Shown here: in pieces, positions 60,201 through 64,000 of the stretch
Layout of the letters: the number at the start of each line of letters is the position of its first letter
Numbering within the stretch: the first letter of the stretch is position 1
From: Scyliorhinus canicula
Lineage: Eukaryota
NCBI RefSeq assembly: GCF_902713615.1
Contig: NC_052154.1
Span: forward strand, 25,179,394 to 25,243,393
Length of the DNA: 64,000 bases
Reading direction: 5' to 3'
Translations under genes and position numbers: made by a program
The notes under the pieces: generated by a model
What the model was told of the DNA's origin: nothing
Seen by the model: the letters and a program-made list of their open reading frames with translations, nothing else
Database searches by the model: none

Positions 60201-63200
60201 GCTCATGGAGTCCTCCATCACCTAAAAGTACAAAGCTGCCATTTAGTTCAACTGATAGTAATAAATTAAGCAAGAACTTACAGTCAGCAATAGAGTCAGG
60301 CAGAAAAAGCATGGGAAAACAGTAAGAATCGTTCCAACAATATACATAGTGATCTAAAAAATTTATGGAGAAAATAGGGAAATGAAGGATCGAAAAAGAG
60401 GCATACAAATTTCCCTATTGTCTTCAACTATATAAAAAAGTACTCACTGAGGTATGGACATCAAGGTTCTGAACCTGTTGTTCGAATTTGTCCATTACAG
60501 CAGAAATCTTTTGTAGGTCCATAGATTTCAGTGCCTTGTCCAGCCCTTGCGTAACACGCGCCATATTCTTTGTAACCTAGAAATATCAGAAAAAAATACT
60601 CTCAAGTTTGTTTCAAAGTTGGTCAGTCTCAGATATTATCAATAGATCTATGGGCTCTGTTACCTAGGTCTCAATTAATAATCAAGTCCTCAATGTTGTA
60701 TCTGTCCCAAAATCCACTTGACCCACTCAGCTTAAGTGCACGTTATTTTGGCTTTAATTTTTCCACAATGAAGTACAAATCTACTGTACCCTCTTGTTAC
60801 AAAGCAATCTAGAATCTGTGTAGTAACAACATAGTAACAATGATTACATCTTCAACAAATTTCACTTCACCCCTCACTGTTTCTCCATCTATATCACTCC
60901 CTCCAAGGACCTTTGTGCACCTTTCTCTCTTGCTGATCCAAGTTTCTTTGCATCACCAAAACTCGAAAATGTATATCATCACGTCACTGCTCCCTCCTCA
61001 TACAAACTAGACACAGATATTCTAGTATCCCTTGCATCCTGAAATATGCTTCAGTAAAATAAAAAGCTAATCTCATCTTGTGAGGCAACACGAGAATTCA
61101 AGATTAGTGTAATAGAGGCACATTGGGCAGAAGAGATATCTTGTGCACTCCAGGTCCCATCAGCACTATTTGGGGGGCAGCGGTGGTGTAATGGTATTGT
61201 CAACTGGACTAGTAATCCAGAGACCCAGAGTACTGCCCTGGGGTCCCAGGTTCAAATCCCACCATTGCAGATGGTGAAATTTGAATTCAATTAAAATCTG
61301 GAATTAAATGTCTAATGATGGCCATGAAACCATTATCAACTGTCATAAAAACCCATCTGGTTCACTGTCCTTTAAGGAAGGAAATCTACTGTCCTTACCC
61401 GGTCTGGCCTACACATGACTCCAGACCCACAGCAATGTGGTTGGCTCATAATTGTCCCTCAAGGGCAATTAGGGATGGGCTATAAATGCAGGCATAGCCT
61501 GTGACGCCCAGTCCCATGAAAGAAAACAAAAATTTGTGTAACTACAGCACATCGGCAATAATTAATATCAAAGTCAGTATATGAAATACAGTAATTAATT
61601 TTTTGAGAGAATCAAGTCACCAACAGCTATTTCATACCCCTTTCATCGTGACCGCCGTCTGCACCTTCGATGCTACTGCATCTATTCGGGAAGCTGTCCG
61701 TAACCAATTCAGCCCTTCGTTTTTCTTTCTGATGGCATTTTCTGCATAGATCTTTGCTCCTTCAATGTTCTTTTGTTGAAGGGCCTTGGGGAAGAGAAAA
61801 GACATTACCATTCTAACATTTTGCCTTCTCATTCTGCTGCTTAAAACTGGAAGCCTACAACTGGAACTATACAGATGTTAACAAAATACATATACGCTCA
61901 CCATAACAATGACAAATGTTAAATTTCAATTACTCCAAAAAGAATGCTGTACAGGTTGAGTGAACTTACATGGTCCTTCCCTGTGACATCATTAAATAGT
62001 ATATAAATGAAGGTAACACTTAATTACATACAACATATATTTGTATATAGTGTCAGTACTTTTAACAATTCAGTCTTGCTCCCAACTTCCAGTTTTAAGA
62101 TACAGAATGGGATCTAAATGCAGGTGCCAAAACCAATAACAGTGTTGTCCAGTCCAACAAGCTGCCTCCATGAACAGAATTATAGGAAAATAGAATGTAA
62201 TTAAGATAGTTGTAGCTAGAAAAACTTCAACTAAAAGGTATGCAAAGTGGGCACTAACCTTCTTCACTTTAGCTTGTTCAGCTTTGGAGTCCTTTTCTGC
62301 CTTCTTGGCCAATCTTTCAAGCTGTTTTGATGTAAACTGTAAGATAATAATAATCTTTATTATCGTCACAAGTAAGCTTACGTTAACACTGCAATGGCAT
62401 TACTGTGAAAATCCCCTCGTCGCCACATTCCGGCGTCTGTTCAGGTACACAAGAGGGAGAATTGAGAATGTCCAATTCATCTAACAAGAACGTCTTTTGG
62501 GACATATTGGGGGGGGGGGTTGGGGGAAACCGGAGCACCCGGAGGAAACCCACAGAGACACGGGGAGAATGTGCAGACTCCGCACAGACAGTGACCCAAG
62601 TGGAAATCGAACTTGGGACCCTGGTGCTGTGGGGCAACAATGCTCTCCACTATGCTACCGCGTCAGCCATAAGATTATAAGATAATAAAGTAACTTCCTA
62701 AGCAGCATGGTGGCACAGTGGTTAGCACTGCTGTCTCAGCGCCAAGGTCCCAGGTTCGATTCCGGCCATGGGCCACTATCTGTGTGTGAGTTTGCGTGTG
62801 TTTTGCCCCCACAACCCAAAGATGTGCAGGGTAGGTCGATTGGTCATGCTAAAATTGCCCTTTAATTGGGAAAAAATTAATTGGGTACTCTAAATTTTAA
62901 AACTATATAAATAAAGTAACTTCCTGCAATGCAGAGCAAAAGCCAGGGTAACGGTAATTCTTCCAGTACACAGCCTTCTTCTGTTTTTTGGCATAGTCCC
63001 CGGTACATTATTCAAGAGGTAATTTTTCATGTGAGACCCTGAACAATATGCAGCAACAGACAGATGACATCAGAGTTGCGGCTGGTGCTATGAACATACA
63101 CAAACATGCCAGTGGCAAGGAAAGGAGAAGGGATTGCGGGATATTTGGTAAGGCAGGAAGTCCTGTCCCTTTGCTTTCCAAAGCCTGGGCGCATGAGGCC

Positions 63201-63539
63201 AACAGGAGTAACCTTACCTCAATGGCTTTTCTGCCTGAAATCAGTTGTGTTACCAAGACCAACGTTTCTGCGCCTGAAACCGTGTGGTATATTTGCACAC
63301 TAATGCAGAAGTAGCCTCAGAAGTGGTTGACCACAGAGGAAAGATAGTGGGTCAGGGTGAATTTATCAACATTAAATACACATGCATATATATATAATAC
63401 ACAATAAAAAAGGTTGACTGTATTACTGGTCGACTGTGTCATAGTCAACTTGACATGAAAATATTAAAACTGGTTTCATTTTTGAAGCCAAAAAAGCAAA
63501 TTAGAAGTTTTGTCCTTACCCGTAACTGAAACAAAGTAT
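54194..63539 (-). CDS. CHMP1A: Charged multivesicular body protein 1A (ESCRT-III), partial: join(63539-63520,62336-62259,61784-61638,60576-60448,60221-60028,54215-54194); first coding exon outside window
   Basis: Exons translate to (D)TLFQLR / [26 protein letters not shown] / [49 protein letters not shown] / [43 protein letters not shown] / [34 protein letters not shown]...EDQLSK / RLAALRN*. All introns GT-AG and phases consistent. Confidence 0.95.
55328..55652 (+). mobile_element. tRNA-derived SINE
   Basis: Same family as 20152-20492. Confidence 0.85.
57540..58515 (+). mobile_element. Tx1/L1-clade LINE C-terminal fragment
   Basis: [23 protein letters not shown]...LLGLFPG resembles the zf-RVT C-terminus. 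Confidence 0.65.
60028..60221 (-). CDS. CHMP1A: CHMP1A exon 6
   Basis: 194 nt, [37 protein letters not shown]. Confidence 0.95.
60448..60576 (-). CDS. CHMP1A: CHMP1A exon 5
   Basis: 129 nt, VTKNM...[20 protein letters not shown]. Confidence 0.95.
61173..61531 (+). mobile_element. tRNA-derived SINE with an L2/Crack-like LINE tail
   Basis: GGTGGTGTAATGG A box, GGTTCAAATCCC B box; tail shared with LINE 15640-17275. Confidence 0.8.
61638..61784 (-). CDS. CHMP1A: CHMP1A exon 4
   Basis: 147 nt, [12 protein letters not shown] motif, AG/GT. Confidence 0.95.
62259..62336 (-). CDS. CHMP1A: CHMP1A exon 3
   Basis: 78 nt, [30 protein letters not shown]. Confidence 0.95.
62350..62900. mobile_element. 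Two adjacent SINEs (- 62350-62660; + 62701-62900) in CHMP1A intron 2
   Basis: Family matches as above; ATAAAGTAACTTCCT duplication around the second. Confidence 0.8.
63520..63539 (-). CDS. CHMP1A: CHMP1A exon 2 (20-nt micro-exon)
   Basis: CAG|AT ACT TTG TTT CAG TTA CGG|GTAAG. Confidence 0.9.
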
Positions 63540-64000
63540 CTGTAACAAAAAAAAGGAAAATTAAATATGATCATCATTATTGACACTCATTATTAAAAGT
63601 AGCAAATATTTGTATCCCATATTTAACAGATCCATACTGTCATAAAAAAGGCATCTGGTTTTGCGTGGAACACCTTCAAATCTGAACAAGCTAAAATGAA
63701 GGCGGCTGGAGCTCACGTTACAAATTTTTAGTTGATGTTTTCCCAGGTATGATGGAAATGTGACCTAACAGGGAGATGGTGTTGAAGTCTCAGGAAGCAG
63801 ATTCCTTCCATTAGTCCAGGCCATGAATATTTAATTCTCTTTTTTAAGCACCTTTCCAACGAGAGTGAGTGGTGCCTATCACGGTTAGCCCTAATGGAGA
63901 TAATAACCTGGAATTTAATGGCTCTGTTTAATTTTGAAATATTCACCGATTTCTGTGTCAGTTTTGAGGTGATTCATTTTTTTTTTATAAAGATGAGGAT

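Overview
Repeat-rich vertebrate genomic DNA, most likely a shark (inferred from the SINE/LINE types, not provable here). Two host genes lie on the minus strand. One is a complete 11-exon beta-carotene 15,15'-oxygenase gene (BCO1 or its BCO1-like paralogue; CDS 41902->2107, 528 aa, all introns GT-AG, four Fe-ligand His present). The other is coding exons 2-7 of CHMP1A (63539->54194; exon 1 lies beyond the window). The most striking element is a young, CpG-rich, full-length 5395-bp PIF/Harbinger DNA transposon (26894-32288; 15-bp TIRs, AGT target duplication) in BCO1 intron 3. It carries two convergent genes: an intact 449-aa DDE transposase (-), and a 3-exon Myb/SANT-like partner gene (+) broken by one in-frame TAG. 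At least 7 non-autonomous MITEs with related GGGC...ATT termini occupy the same gene region. Their insertion sites share an extended target preference (RA-N3-[TSD]-N3-Y) rather than the textbook TWA duplication. The rest is nested CR1, L2/Crack-like and L1/Tx1 LINE fragments, many tRNA-derived SINEs, a solo LTR, and two decayed hammerhead-ribozyme-like Penelope-type repeats. All coordinates were read by eye; repeat boundaries are approximate unless TIR/TSD are quoted.
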